The position numbers and the translations under genes are program-made. A stretch of DNA of 63,031 nt, the filler included. It is 8 parts of 8 records of this genome, joined end to end, with 100 filler letters (N's around TTAATTAATTAA, not from the genome) between each part and the next. Parts side by side here need not be neighbours in the genome. Positions count along the whole stretch, not along the records: positions 28,183 to 37,992 come from SRR31156797_41568; positions 38,093 to 44,337 come from SRR31156797_41573; 6 more parts are not named here. One strand, written 5' to 3'. Shown here piece by piece: positions 30,402 to 41,671 of the stretch. How positions within the stretch are numbered: the stretch's first letter is position 1; the number at the start of each line of letters is the position of its first letter. The notes beneath the pieces were generated by a model. It saw only the letters and a list, made by a program, of their open reading frames with translations, was not told the DNA's origin and did no database searches.

Positions 30402-30743
30402 ATGAAAGTAATGGTCATTGAAGAACATAAATCAAATTATCCGAATCCCATCTGTTTCAAGACCGGAGAATCTTTGATCACAGGAAAGGAAGACACTGAA
30501 TATAAAGGCTGGATCCGGGTTACCACAAATGATGGGAATCAAGGATGGGCGCCGGTGAAGTATCTGCAGCTTGGAACAGGGGCCGATAAGGCTGTCGCAA
30601 AGCGAGATTATACGGCCAAAGAATTAAATACGTGCGTTGGGGAGGAATTAATCCTTCATTACAAGCTGAATGAGTGGGGGTGGGTTGAAAAAAACGATGG
30701 GACTTGTGGCTGGGTGCCAATGAAAACCACTAAAAACCTGTAA
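30402..30743 (+). CDS. Tandem SH3-like domain protein
   Basis: Two SH3-like units: GWIRV...GWAPVKYL and RDYTAKEL...GWVPM. Confidence 0.8.
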   Translation: MKVMVIEEHKSNYPNPICFKTGESLITGKEDTEYKGWIRVTTNDGNQGWAPVKYLQLGTGADKAVAKRDYTAKELNTCVGEELILHYKLNEWGWVEKNDGTCGWVPMKTTKNL

Positions 30744-30860
30744 ATTTTCACTTGCGAGGGACCGGGAAAAAAAGCGACAGTATTGAACTGTCGCATTTTT
30801 AATGATTTCCGGTGCCTATAAGGCTTTGGGGTTGCGTTTCCCGGCCCCCCTGATTGAATG

Positions 30861-31814
30861 TCAGTTCGGGAGCTTTTCCAGCATTCCTGTTATGAGATCC
30901 CGGGCAATGGAAACCTTGTCCGGTGAAAGTCCCAGAATCGGTGCGGCAGCCTTGACAGCCACCTCCGGTCCCAGGCCGGACTCCCGGATATCTTTGAGGG
31001 CATAGGCCTCACGGGACTTGGAGAGCTTTTGCCCGTCGCTGCCCATAATGAGGTCGTGGTGGAGAAAGCGGCCGGCGGGAAAGGAGGAGAACCCGAAGAG
31101 GCGGGCCGTGTAGAGCTGGGCTGCCGTGGAGAGAAGCAGGTCGTTTCCTCGGACAATCACATTGACCCCGGCTTTTTCATCCTCAAGAAGGCTTGCCAGC
31201 TGGTAGCTGGGCTGGTCGTCTTTGCGCCAGAGCACAAAGTCGCCGAACGCTTCGGCAAGATCGATGGGACGTCCGTCTACCTGGACCACGCTATCATCTT
31301 CCACCTTCAGTCGAATGGCGTTTTGGCCGGGTATGAAGGGATGGCCTGCATTTCGGCAGGTTTTGGGATAAGTCCCGTCAGGTGACGCTTTTTTGATGGC
31401 GCTTCGGCTGCACGCACAGGCGAAAATTTTTCCGCTTGTCTCTTTCAGGCGTTTCAGCTGGTTCCGGTAGTGCTCTTTGTGTGCCTGAAGGGTAAAATTC
31501 CGGTGAAAATCATCAGGCCCCCCGGGTCCTGTGTCCCAGTCCAGACCAAGCCAGGTAAGGGAGATAAATATATCTTCGAGCACTTCCTGGCGAAACCTGA
31601 TCCCGTCCATGTCATCTATGCGCAGGTGAAGGGTTCCGCCATGGCTTCTCACCAAGGTCCAGGTGACCAGAAAATTGACAGCGTTACCCAGGTGTAGAAA
31701 CCCGCTTGGGGTGGGCGCCAGCCGGGAAACCGGTTTGTCAGGCATCTCTGAAATACGAAGGGGTGTTAATGTTGAAGGCTGGTTATTCACAACTCTCACT
31801 GCATTGTCATACAT
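30861..31814 (-). CDS. gluQ: Glutamate--tRNA ligase family protein (GluQ-like, no anticodon-binding domain)
   Basis: RLAPTPSGFLHLGN (HIGH), LRIDDMD, CACSR, RGNDL and KLSKS motifs; about 300 aa; true start may be 31745. Confidence 0.8.
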   Translation of the reverse strand: MYDNAVRVVNNQPSTLTPLRISEMPDKPVSRLAPTPSGFLHLGNAVNFLVTWTLVRSHGGTLHLRIDDMDGIRFRQEVLEDIFISLTWLGLDWDTGPGGPDDFHRNFTLQAHKEHYRNQLKRLKETSGKIFACACSRSAIKKASPDGTYPKTCRNAGHPFIPGQNAIRLKVEDDSVVQVDGRPIDLAEAFGDFVLWRKDDQPSYQLASLLEDEKAGVNVIVRGNDLLLSTAAQLYTARLFGFSSFPAGRFLHHDLIMGSDGQKLSKSREAYALKDIRESGLGPEVAVKAAAPILGLSPDKVSIARDLITGMLEKLPN

Positions 31815-32003
31815 GCACCATCCATTTTACAACTTGTCAAGGTCATAAAAAAGCTGGAAGCATCTTTTATCGTTTCTTTCTCCTTGCCGGTAAACGGCTC
31901 AACCCTTAAACAATGAGAGGCAATTTAAACATTTGGCAACAGTCTGTCAAGTCGCCTCACCAATTCGGGGCAATTCCAAGTTAGGAGACATTTTACTTGA
32001 AAA

Positions 32004-32468
32004 ATGAATAATATCGAAATTATTGAAGCTACAGAAATAGATGCCGAGGAGATCTCGTCTCTGGTTATCGAACTGCTTCTTGAATTGGAGCCTGGTTCGG
32101 AAGATGAGCTTAAATCAATGAATATTGCAGAAGTCACCAGGAATTTGATGAAATGCAATAAGATCTTTGTCCTTCTGGCAAAGGATAAAGAAAATGTTAT
32201 GGGAATTATCACCATGCATGAATGTGCTGCAATATATGCGGGTGGTTTGTTTGGAGAGATATCGGAATTTTATGTTTTGCCGATGTACCGTTGCCGAAAA
32301 ATTGGGGAACTTCTGTTGGAATCAGCGTATGAAAAAGCTCGACAAATGCAATGGCAACGTATAGAAGTCTGTAGTCCGCCCGGCAACAAGTGGCCGCGCA
32401 CTGTAAAATTCTACGAGAGTAACGGATTTATTTGTACAGGCAATAGATTGCGCCAGTTAATTCTATAA
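32004..32468 (+). CDS. GNAT family N-acetyltransferase
   Basis: EFYVLPMYRCRKIGELLL and FYESNGF motifs. Confidence 0.88.
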   Translation: MNNIEIIEATEIDAEEISSLVIELLLELEPGSEDELKSMNIAEVTRNLMKCNKIFVLLAKDKENVMGIITMHECAAIYAGGLFGEISEFYVLPMYRCRKIGELLLESAYEKARQMQWQRIEVCSPPGNKWPRTVKFYESNGFICTGNRLRQLIL

Positions 32469-32640
32469 AACCGGGGCTGACCGCCACCTCCGCGGAAACC
32501 CGCTGAAATTTTAACAGTAATAAGATAAAAAGGACTCCCATATGTTCGTTGGCAACCGTGAAATGAAAAGTGCTGGAATATCTTGACGGGACACGGAAGA
32601 AATCCTGAGCCCGGTTTAATATGCATTGGGGGAAAAGAAA

Positions 32641-33282
32641 ATGATTTCTGAATCTCTTATGGCCTTTATGGGGACGGTAACTTTGCTGGTAATTACACCA
32701 GGTCCAAATACAGCCATTCTATTAAAAAACGTACCATTCCATGGGAAACGCAAGGGGTTGCTGAATGTTCTGGGTATTGTATGCGCAATAAATATTCATG
32801 GTGTTTTTGCGATATTCGGTGTTTCCTCCGTTTTAATGGCTTCGGTTACACTTTTCTCCATCCTGAAATTTGCAGGTGCCGTTTATCTTTGTATTTTAGG
32901 TGTTAAGACAATCGTTAATTCCCTTCAAGCCGGACAAGAAAAAAAACAATCGAAAAGCAACTCCGGCCAGGGCGAAAAAGGCGTTCTCAACAACGGATTT
33001 ACTGAAGGGCTTTTTACAAATCTGTTAAATCCAAAACCCGCTTTGTTTTATATCGCCGTATTTTTACAGTTTTTCACAAGTGAAGCGTCATTCCATCAAA
33101 TCTATTTTTTAGTTTTGATTCATAGTTGTATCGCTTTGGTATGGTATTCCATTGTAGTGTTTGGAATACGGCAACTAAAAGGGATGTTCGTCAAAAACGA
33201 TTTGTTTTCGAAATATTTTCAAAGAGTAACGGGAATTGTTTTTATTTACTTCGGGTATCTATTGGCCACATCCCGGAAATAA
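32641..33282 (+). CDS. LysE/RhtB family translocator
   Basis: ITPGPN, KFAGAVYL and TNLLNPK motifs. Confidence 0.92.
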   Translation: MISESLMAFMGTVTLLVITPGPNTAILLKNVPFHGKRKGLLNVLGIVCAINIHGVFAIFGVSSVLMASVTLFSILKFAGAVYLCILGVKTIVNSLQAGQEKKQSKSNSGQGEKGVLNNGFTEGLFTNLLNPKPALFYIAVFLQFFTSEASFHQIYFLVLIHSCIALVWYSIVVFGIRQLKGMFVKNDLFSKYFQRVTGIVFIYFGYLLATSRK

Positions 33283-33347
33283 ATCCAACTTGTTTATCAG
33301 GGGAGTGGGTTGTTTTTTTGTAAATGTTACCTAATAAAGAATCAGAT

Positions 33348-33896
33348 ATGACTTATATAAACGGAGAAAATGTCTCCTTGAGAACCGCAACTTCCAAAGA
33401 CACGTCCATCTTATGCAAATGGTGGAGTGATGGAAGAATAATGAAGCATGTCGGTTTTAAAAATGGTCTTAAAACGGATCCTGAAAAACTCCGAAAAAAA
33501 CTTTCAGAACCAGATAGTAAGAATTCAATTTTCATCGTATTGAATAACTCCGGCCAACCCATCGGGGAATGTAATTATTCCATTTCGGCGAACGGTAAAT
33601 GTTCGATCGGCATTAAAATCTGTGAATTGTCTTACCAAGGCAAAGGTTTGGGAAAAGAGGCCCTGTCGACCTTCATAGATTATTTGTTTACATCTTATAG
33701 CATAACGCAAATCATTCTTGATACACTGATTGAGAATATCAGGGCCCGGAAATTGTATCAATCCATCGGGTTTGAAGAAACACGAATTAACCATAACTGC
33801 TGGGTGGATCCGGAAGGCAAAGCGCGCAGTGCTGTCGATATGAGTCTGCCCAGGGAAAATTTCTACTTACATTATAATACGGGAGGGATTGAATGA
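33348..33896 (+). CDS. GNAT family N-acetyltransferase (RimJ/RimL type)
   Basis: YQGKGLGKEAL and NIRARKLYQSIGF motifs. Confidence 0.88.
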   Translation: MTYINGENVSLRTATSKDTSILCKWWSDGRIMKHVGFKNGLKTDPEKLRKKLSEPDSKNSIFIVLNNSGQPIGECNYSISANGKCSIGIKICELSYQGKGLGKEALSTFIDYLFTSYSITQIILDTLIENIRARKLYQSIGFEETRINHNCWVDPEGKARSAVDMSLPRENFYLHYNTGGIE

Positions 33897-34708
33897 AACA
33901 AATTACATGTTTTGCACTTTTGCTTTTCTTGTTGACCATGACGGGGTGTGTCCATGATAAGAAATCCCATGGTAAAGTAAATCTGTCCGAGTCCCGGATG
34001 GAGCTGATAAATTGGATGACGTATTACTACCAGAATCCTTCGCCGGCGGAGTTTCCGAATTGGCTCAAGAAACTGAGCTCTGATGGATTGTTGAAACATG
34101 ATAAGAAACAATTCCCTTTCCTTGGTTTTGCAGCCACGGTGTTCGTAGCCAACGCCGATAAAGTTTCCGAATGGAGCCGGACAATAGATGAACTTCCGCG
34201 GCGGGACAGAAAAACCGTATTGATAGCCCTCTGGTTATCAAACACCCAAGAGTCAGATGATCTGTTGTCGGACCATGCACGCAAAAAATTGCTTCAGACC
34301 CGCAACTATTTTAACCTTAAGACTCAAGAAAACCCGCCGAGCCTGGATGAAATCGACAAATACTGGGGGTTCCTGGATATTCAGTGGGGACGGTTCCTGG
34401 CATCGGGAGCTGAAAAGCCGATAGAAAATATTGTCTCTGTCCTGGAATATGCATCTTTTTCAGGTTCAAAAAAGAAGTATCCGAATCCCGGGACCAAAGA
34501 GGAGAAATGGGCAACAATAAACGAAACACTGTATAACTCAGCTCTATGGTCCCTGCGAAGTAACTGCAAAGTGCATCCCAGGGTTCTGGAAATATGCGAA
34601 GGGATCTATAAGGAGGAGAAACTTGGCCGTTTAGCCCAGTGGTCCCTCAAGTCTGTTTTAAATGAAATGAAGCCGGACGAATACAAGATAGAAGTTTCCG
34701 CCAATTAA
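33893..34708 (+). CDS. Hypothetical lipoprotein
   Basis: Lipobox-like LLTMTGC; ATGA overlap with the upstream GNAT gene. Confidence 0.7.
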   Translation: MKQITCFALLLFLLTMTGCVHDKKSHGKVNLSESRMELINWMTYYYQNPSPAEFPNWLKKLSSDGLLKHDKKQFPFLGFAATVFVANADKVSEWSRTIDELPRRDRKTVLIALWLSNTQESDDLLSDHARKKLLQTRNYFNLKTQENPPSLDEIDKYWGFLDIQWGRFLASGAEKPIENIVSVLEYASFSGSKKKYPNPGTKEEKWATINETLYNSALWSLRSNCKVHPRVLEICEGIYKEEKLGRLAQWSLKSVLNEMKPDEYKIEVSAN

Positions 34709-34781
34709 TAATTCAGCGGGTGCAGATGGAAACGTGCCGAAAATCAGGAATTGTACTTGTGACGAGACCGGACACAGGATC

Positions 34782-37700
34782 ATGAATGTATTGCATTCAA
34801 AACTTCAGGCGCCAAAGCGGTATCATATCCTTCACCGGAACCGGTTGAACCGGCTGTTTGAAGATATTTGTCAAAACAAACTGATTGCCGTGACTGCCGG
34901 GGCAGGGTACGGCAAAACCACCCTGGTGACGGATGCCCTGGAAGCCCTGGATGTTGTTCCCGTATGGTATCGTCTGGATGAGCAGGATCGGGATTTTCAG
35001 GTGTTTATTTCCTATCTGTATTGCGCTGTCCGGCAGCATTGCGCTGTGCGGCAGCATTCCCCTGGGCCCAATGATACTGAGAAGGGCCGCGGGATTCCAA
35101 AAATAAGTTTAAAAAAACAAAACCGCTCCTTGATTGAATGGCTGGCCTTTCTTGAGAACTCCGTGAAACGGCAGGCCGTTCTTGTCCTGGATGATTATCA
35201 TCTGGTTCAGGACAGTCAACAGATCAACCAGGCCGTTGAATTCATCCTTGACCGTTTGCCCGACCATATTCACCTGGTTATCATTGGCCGGAAAAACCTG
35301 GGACTTCGGTTATCATCGCTTCGGGTAAAGGAGCAACTCCTTGAAATCGGTGAAAATGACCTGTCCTTTACAACCGGTGAAATCAAGCATTTTTTCTCGG
35401 GCACCCTTTTGCGGACCGACAGCCATATAAAAGAGATCCATTCAAGTACCGGGGGATGGGCCGCCAGCCTGGTCCTTTTGCGATATACATTGCATAAAAA
35501 AACACCGGAGACGATGGCCAACAGCCTGGCATTATTCAAGCAGACACCCCGGTACATCTTTTCCTACCTGAAGGAAAACGTGTTTGATCCCCAGCCGGAC
35601 CATATCAAAGCGTTATTGATGAAGGCGGCCCTGCTTGAGGAAATAGACACCCGGCGCTGTGGCAACATATTTAAGGTGGATAATGCCGGTGCCATTCTAA
35701 AGCAAATGGTTGAAGAGCATCTGATGATTTTCCCGGTGGATGACTCCGGAACGATTTTTTATCTGCATCATTTATTCAGGGAGTTTTTGACGGCCCGGCT
35801 TGAAGAAGCCTTTTCAACGCCGGATATTCATCAACTGCATTGCGTAATCGCCCGGGAAATCGAAGGGGAGGATATCTTCCAGGCACTGCATCATTTTATT
35901 GAAGGCCATGCCTTTGATGACGCCATACGCCTTATTGAAACCCATGAAATGAAATTTCTGCGGGACGGGAAAATAGAGTTCCTGGGCCGGTGCCTTGACA
36001 AAATACCCGGATCGGTCATTGAGGAAAACCCGCAACTGCTGCTGGCCCAGGCCAAACTCCTGACCTATCTGGGTAATCCCGGACAGGCCGCGGTATCTCT
36101 CACCCGGGCCCATCAGCTGTTTAAAAAACGGGATTCAAAGGGGGACATGGTAAAATGCCTGGTTGAACTGGGGTTCCAGTACTATTTCACAGGATACGTC
36201 AAAGAGGCGAAACGGTTGATGGAACAGGTGATCGATGAGGTGGAAAAGCCCTCCGCAACCTATGGTATCGCCATGACCTACCTGACCTTTTTATCCTCAG
36301 TCCTGGGGGATTTTGAAACAGCGGAAAAATACTACACAGCCGTCCGGGAGGTGATTGGCGGGCTGCCGGATGTTGAGCGCCGCCGATTCCGTGCGCTGAT
36401 CAATACGTCCTATAGCTATACCCTTTACATCAGCGGCGAGTTTGAACGGGCCCAACAGCTGAACAAAAAGCTGCTCAAATCCGTGGTTGAACTCAATATT
36501 GATCCCTGCCTGCCCCTTGTTTATTACCAGCTCAGCGCCACCTGTTTCTATCTGGGAACATTTGAACAGGGAATTGCCTTTGCTCAAAAGGGTATTGAGG
36601 CTTGTGCAAAAATATCCCTGTCAGACAGCAGGAAAGGATGGATTTGCATTGCCTGGGCCCAGAACTGCATGGGGCTTGGCAAGCTGGACCAGGCCATTGA
36701 ATTGATCGATCGCGGCATTGAACTGTTTGAAGAGCCGGGCAACCGCTGGGGGATGGCCAATGCCTGGGATTGCCTGCACCAGGTCTACCTGGCCCAGGGG
36801 AAAGCCGGGCCTGCCCGGCGGATTTTAGACAGGGCGATTGATATCATAGACGGGTACGGACTGGTTTTGACTGAAGGCATCCTTGGAAACAGCCGCGCCA
36901 GGCTTATGATGATGGACCGGCATTTTTCAGATGCCCTGGATTGTCTGGCAAGCGCCGGAACAAAACTTGCCGGAGCGGCCTTCCACCTGTTTGACAATCA
37001 TCTGTTGACCGCAAGGGCTTATTTTGAATCGGGCAGGAGCGTTGAGGCGGTCAAGCACTTGTCAGCTGCGTTGCTGTTATCTGAAAACAACGGCTACGGC
37101 CGGTTTGTCAAACAGGAAAAGGACTGGCTGATGTCCCTTTTGAAAGGCGTATGGTCGAAGGGCACATCTTTCAATGGAAGAAACAGGGTGTATCTGGAAG
37201 TCCTTTTCGAAAAGGATCCGGCCATGGGACCATCGGACCTCAAAATTGCGCTGCTGGGCCAATTCAAATTGACCCTTGGCGGCAAAGAGATTCCGTCCTC
37301 CCAATGGAAAAGTTCAAAAGCCCTGATGATTTTGAAATACCTTGCCGCCAACAGGCACCTGGGGTTTATTCCCCGGGAGGTGCTCATTGAATTGCTTTGG
37401 CCGGATGAAGATATTCATAAAACCGGCAGCCGCTTCAATATGGCCATGACCGCGTTGCGGAAAACATTGGAACCCCACCTTCCGCCCAGATCCGCATCCG
37501 CATATATTGAACGGAAAAAAGATACCTACAGGCTGTATCCCGGTCCGGGAATCAGTGTTGACGCCGAGCATTTTTCAGATGCCGTTTGTGCAGCCAAGGC
37601 CCAAAGGCCCAATCCCGAAAAATTCCTTGAAACCTGTCTTTTTGCCCAATCGTTATACCGGGGGCCCTTTCTTGAAGAAGATCGCTACGAAGAATGGTGT

Positions 37701-37992
37701 ATTCTGAAAAGGGAGCAATTTGCCGACGGTTACCTGAACATACTCAAGGATATTGCGGCCACTTTTGAAACACGGAAAGATCTTGAAAAGGCCATACTGT
37801 TTACCAGAAAAATATTGGAAGCAGACCCCTTTGATGAAACCGCTTTTCAAAAACTGATGACCTTTTATGCCGGATCTGGCCGCCTGTCCGGAATACAAAA
37901 AACGTATATTGCCTATGAAAAGATGACGGAACAGATGGATTGTCCTGTCAATTCAGATATAAAAAACCTGTATCACCGGCTGATCCGGAAGG
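34782..37992 (+). CDS. MalT-like STAND ATPase/TPR regulator with C-terminal wHTH-BTAD; stop codon lost at contig end
   Basis: SKLQAP, AGAGYGKTT, VLDDYH, TGGWAA, YLHHLFREFL, LWPD, LYRGPFL and DPFDE motifs. Confidence 0.9.
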
Positions 37993-38092
37993 NNNNNNNN
38001 NNNNNNNNNNNNNNNNNNNNNNNNNNNNNNNNNNNNTTAATTAATTAANNNNNNNNNNNNNNNNNNNNNNNNNNNNNNNNNNNNNNNNNNNN
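37993..38092. other. Artificial contig linker
   Basis: N-run + TTAATTAATTAA + N-run. Confidence 0.99.
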
Positions 38093-40582
38093 CAGAATTC
38101 CTTCAGCACCTGCAGTTACAATGTGATTCCCATCCTGCAGAACAGTTGATCCGGTAACAGTTCGACGATGACCTTCAAGAGTAAAAAGAGGCTCATGCCT
38201 CCTAGCATCCCAGACAACAGTTTTCCTGTCTTTCTCAGATGAAACAACAAGCGTGTTGTCACTTGAGAAATGAATTGAAACAACAGCGCTTTTATGGTGA
38301 GTCATCTTTTTAAGCTCTTTTAATGTGTTTGGATCAAAAACGTAGATAACACCATTTTCTGTTCCGGCAAGAAGAGTCTGTCCATCAGGAGAAAAGGCAA
38401 GAGTCTGGACTTCATTTTCAAGCGTAATTCTTCCACGCTCTGTTCCCCACTTGCTCCAAAGTCTCAGTGTTTTATCACTACCACAGGAAACAACTCTATC
38501 ATTTGAAATAAAAACGGCATCATTTACTGTTGATTCATGTCCTTTGATCATCACCTCTTTTCTATTTCGAAGATCAACCAGGGACATGCTGTCATCACCC
38601 TTAGACGTAATGACCATTGAACCATCAGGAGAAAAGGAAGCACAGTTAAAGCTGAAGGTGCTTTCAATAAGCGTAGAAAGTTCATCTTTTGCAATATCAT
38701 AAGAAAAAAGGATTCCGTTAGCACCGGCAAAAACAGCTTTTGTGCCGTCTTCAGAAAATGAAATATCAAGAATCTCGGTTCTAACCGGAATGGTTTTTAT
38801 CTGTTTAAGATCTTTAAGACTAGTAACGACTATATCTCCGTTTACACAGCCTGAAAAAAGATAAGCGTTATCATTTGTGGCTTCCATAGAGCTTACTTTG
38901 CACTTAAGATCGTGCGTTTTTTCAAGAACAGCTCCTCTATGAAAATGTCTGTGATAGAACTTTGATGTAGCATCTGCAAGAAGAATATCTCCTTCAGGCA
39001 TATTTTTTCTAAACCACTTTGAGAACTGAGGGCTTTTAGGGTTTGCAGGGTTAAAATAAAGAGATGCAGCAGCATAAACTCTTGAAGATAGATACTGTTT
39101 TAAAGACTCTAACCTGGCAGCTTTTTCATTAAAGGCCTGCGCAGCTCGAAACTGTGAAACGACCTTTTCTCTCTGTGCAGTTTTTTTAGCCTTGACCTCA
39201 CTATTGTAATACCATGCTATTGTAAATGTTGATGCTAGAAGAACTAGAAATATTAAAATAGAGGAAATAAGAACAGCCCTGTTTTTTTTAGCAAACTTTC
39301 CAAAAAGCTCAAAAGATGAGTATTCATAACCTTTAACTTTCCCACCGGACATATAAAGATTAAGCTCATCAATAAGCTCTGTTGTTGTAGAATATCTATC
39401 ACTTTTCTTTTTAGACATTGCCTTTTGAGCAATAGCTGAAAGTTCAGGCGGAGCCTCAGGTTCCAGTTTTATTGCAGCAATCGCCGGCTTATCAACAACT
39501 TTACGAAGAATATCGGTCGCCGTCTTTCCTCTAAAAGGAGGTCTACCGGTGAGTATCTGATAAAGAATTGCTCCAAGAGAATAAATATCTGAAGTCTCAT
39601 CAATTTCATCAACTTTTCCGCGAGCCTGTTCAGGCGGCATGTAAGAAGGCGTTCCAATAGCAAAGCCGACTACAGTTTGACCGACATCTGCGTTAAGAAA
39701 AAGTCTCAAGCCGGTTTGAATAGTTTCTGCTCCTGAATCAGCTTGTCCTTTTACCTTTGCAAGCCCCCAGTCAAGAACAACAGTCTCGCCAAATTCCCCG
39801 ATCATAACGTTGGAAGGTTTGAGGTCTCTGTTTATAACTCCCTTGCTGTGAGCGTAAGCAACAGCATTACATACATTGTAGAAATGGTGAAAAAGTTCCA
39901 GTCGACTCTCAAGATCGACAGATCTTTTTATAGCTTTTGAAAGAGTCTGTCCCTTAACCATTCTCATCGTATAGTAAAAAACACCATCAGCATGTTTACC
40001 TATCTCATAAACAGGAACGATGGAAGGATGTTCAAGCTGACCTGTAACTCTAGCCTCTCTTAGGAACCTGTTTCTCAGACTTACCGTATGCGGATCCATA
40101 CTTTTCTTACCGTCGCGCTTATCTTTGAGATCAAGAAGGAGTTCCTTCATTGCTATCTCTCTGCCAAGGTGGCGGTCAAGAGTTATGAGGACTCTGCCTG
40201 CACCGCCTCTTGCAACCTCACCCTGAACAAAATATCTGCCGGGAGATTCATCAGTTATCAGTCTGTCAGAGTCATTGTCTGTCTGATCAGTGCTCGGCTG
40301 CACCGCCATTTTTGTCTTTTCTTTAATGCGGTTAACGCTTTGAACAAGAACTTCAATTGAATCATTGTGGTTTTGCTCAGCAGTCTCTTCTTTACCCAAA
40401 AGATCAAGAAGTGCCTTGTTTTCAGGAGGCAAAGCATCATCAAGTTTTTTCCTAATAGAAGAGCCTGGTGCATTTACCCAGTCTGAAAATATATGAACAA
40501 GTTTCTGAGGCGAAATAATTCCGTTTTCTGCCGCAATTATTGCAAGTGCCGCCTCTTTGAATGATTTTTCCAAGGATTTCAT
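38093..40582 (-). CDS. Hanks-type Ser/Thr protein kinase with TM segment and WD40 repeats, 3'-truncated
   Basis: RGGAGRV, AMK, NRDLKPSN, DWGLAK and GTPSYMPPEQ motifs; GH...W(D) repeats. Confidence 0.92.
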
Positions 40583-40864
40583 CTCATCTCCTTAATAATT
40601 CCCGTAACGCGCGGGACATTATAAACAGTTTATTAAAAAAAGTGAAAAATAATAGCGATCCAATCGCAAAACCCTTACATTTGTTACGAAAAGCTTGCTT
40701 TGGCGATATTTGGTTCTGTTTTTTTCACCGGTATCACCCGATATCGGATCAAAAACGTAACCAAATTCCACTCAAACCCGCAATTTCTCACTTACATGTC
40801 GGGCTTTGCAATTGAATCGTTTTAGTGTATATTGGGTGTGTGCAACTTTCTTGTGGAGTACAAC

Positions 40865-41488
40865 ATGCCTCTTTTTATTGGAATCGCCGGTGGGTCAGGG
40901 TCAGGAAAGACAACAATCGCAAAAAACATTAAATCTAAGTTTTCTAAAGATGAAAGGGTTGTCATTATTGAGATGGACAGTTATTACAAAGATTTTTCTG
41001 ATTTAGAATTCAAAGATAGGGAAGTTATCAATTATGATCTTCCAAAAGCGTTGGATTTTGGTCTTTTAAACCAGCATCTTTTAGCGTTAAAAAAAATGCA
41101 GGCTATTGAACAACCGGTCTATAATTTTGTGAAACATCTGCGTGACAAGAACACCGTTCATGTAGAGCCAGCTGATATCGTTATCCTTGAAGGTATTATG
41201 ACCTTTCATAGAAAAGAATTAAGAGATCTTCTGGATATAAAAATATTTGTTGATACCGATGCAGATATAAGGCTGTTGAGGAGAATAAGAAGAGATATCG
41301 AACAACGTGGACGCTCATTTGATGAGATCCGTGACCGTTACTCTAGAATGGTCCGTCCTGCATACCGGGAATTTGTTAAACCCACACTTCAGTACAGCGA
41401 TATAGTGATCCCCGAAGGCGGAAACAACAACGTCGCAATTGATATGATCGTCTCAAAGATCTGTCACTGGCTGTCTGAGAAAAAGTGA
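40865..41488 (+). CDS. udk: Uridine kinase
   Basis: GIAGGSGSGKTT, DSYYKD, ILEGI and RRIRRDIEQRGR motifs. Confidence 0.95.
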   Translation: MPLFIGIAGGSGSGKTTIAKNIKSKFSKDERVVIIEMDSYYKDFSDLEFKDREVINYDLPKALDFGLLNQHLLALKKMQAIEQPVYNFVKHLRDKNTVHVEPADIVILEGIMTFHRKELRDLLDIKIFVDTDADIRLLRRIRRDIEQRGRSFDEIRDRYSRMVRPAYREFVKPTLQYSDIVIPEGGNNNVAIDMIVSKICHWLSEKK

Positions 41489-41610
41489 CCTTAAAAGTTT
41501 TAGAAAGCCTGATTCTCAATAAAAATTACGGATCTAACAGCCCGGTAATATTTAACTAAATATCAAAAACGAGTGTTTTTGCCTCCAGTAGAAAAAACTC
41601 GCGAGTATTT

Positions 41611-41639
41611 TTGACTCTAGGTGAAAATGCTCGTATAAT
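41611..41639 (+). promoter_or_regulatory. Sigma70-type promoter of the DUF4143 ATPase gene
   Basis: TTGACT-17 nt-TATAAT, 32 nt upstream of ATG 41672. Confidence 0.8.
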
Positions 41640-41671
41640 GCTCTTGTGTTTAAACTTTGTTTGGTGAGAGA

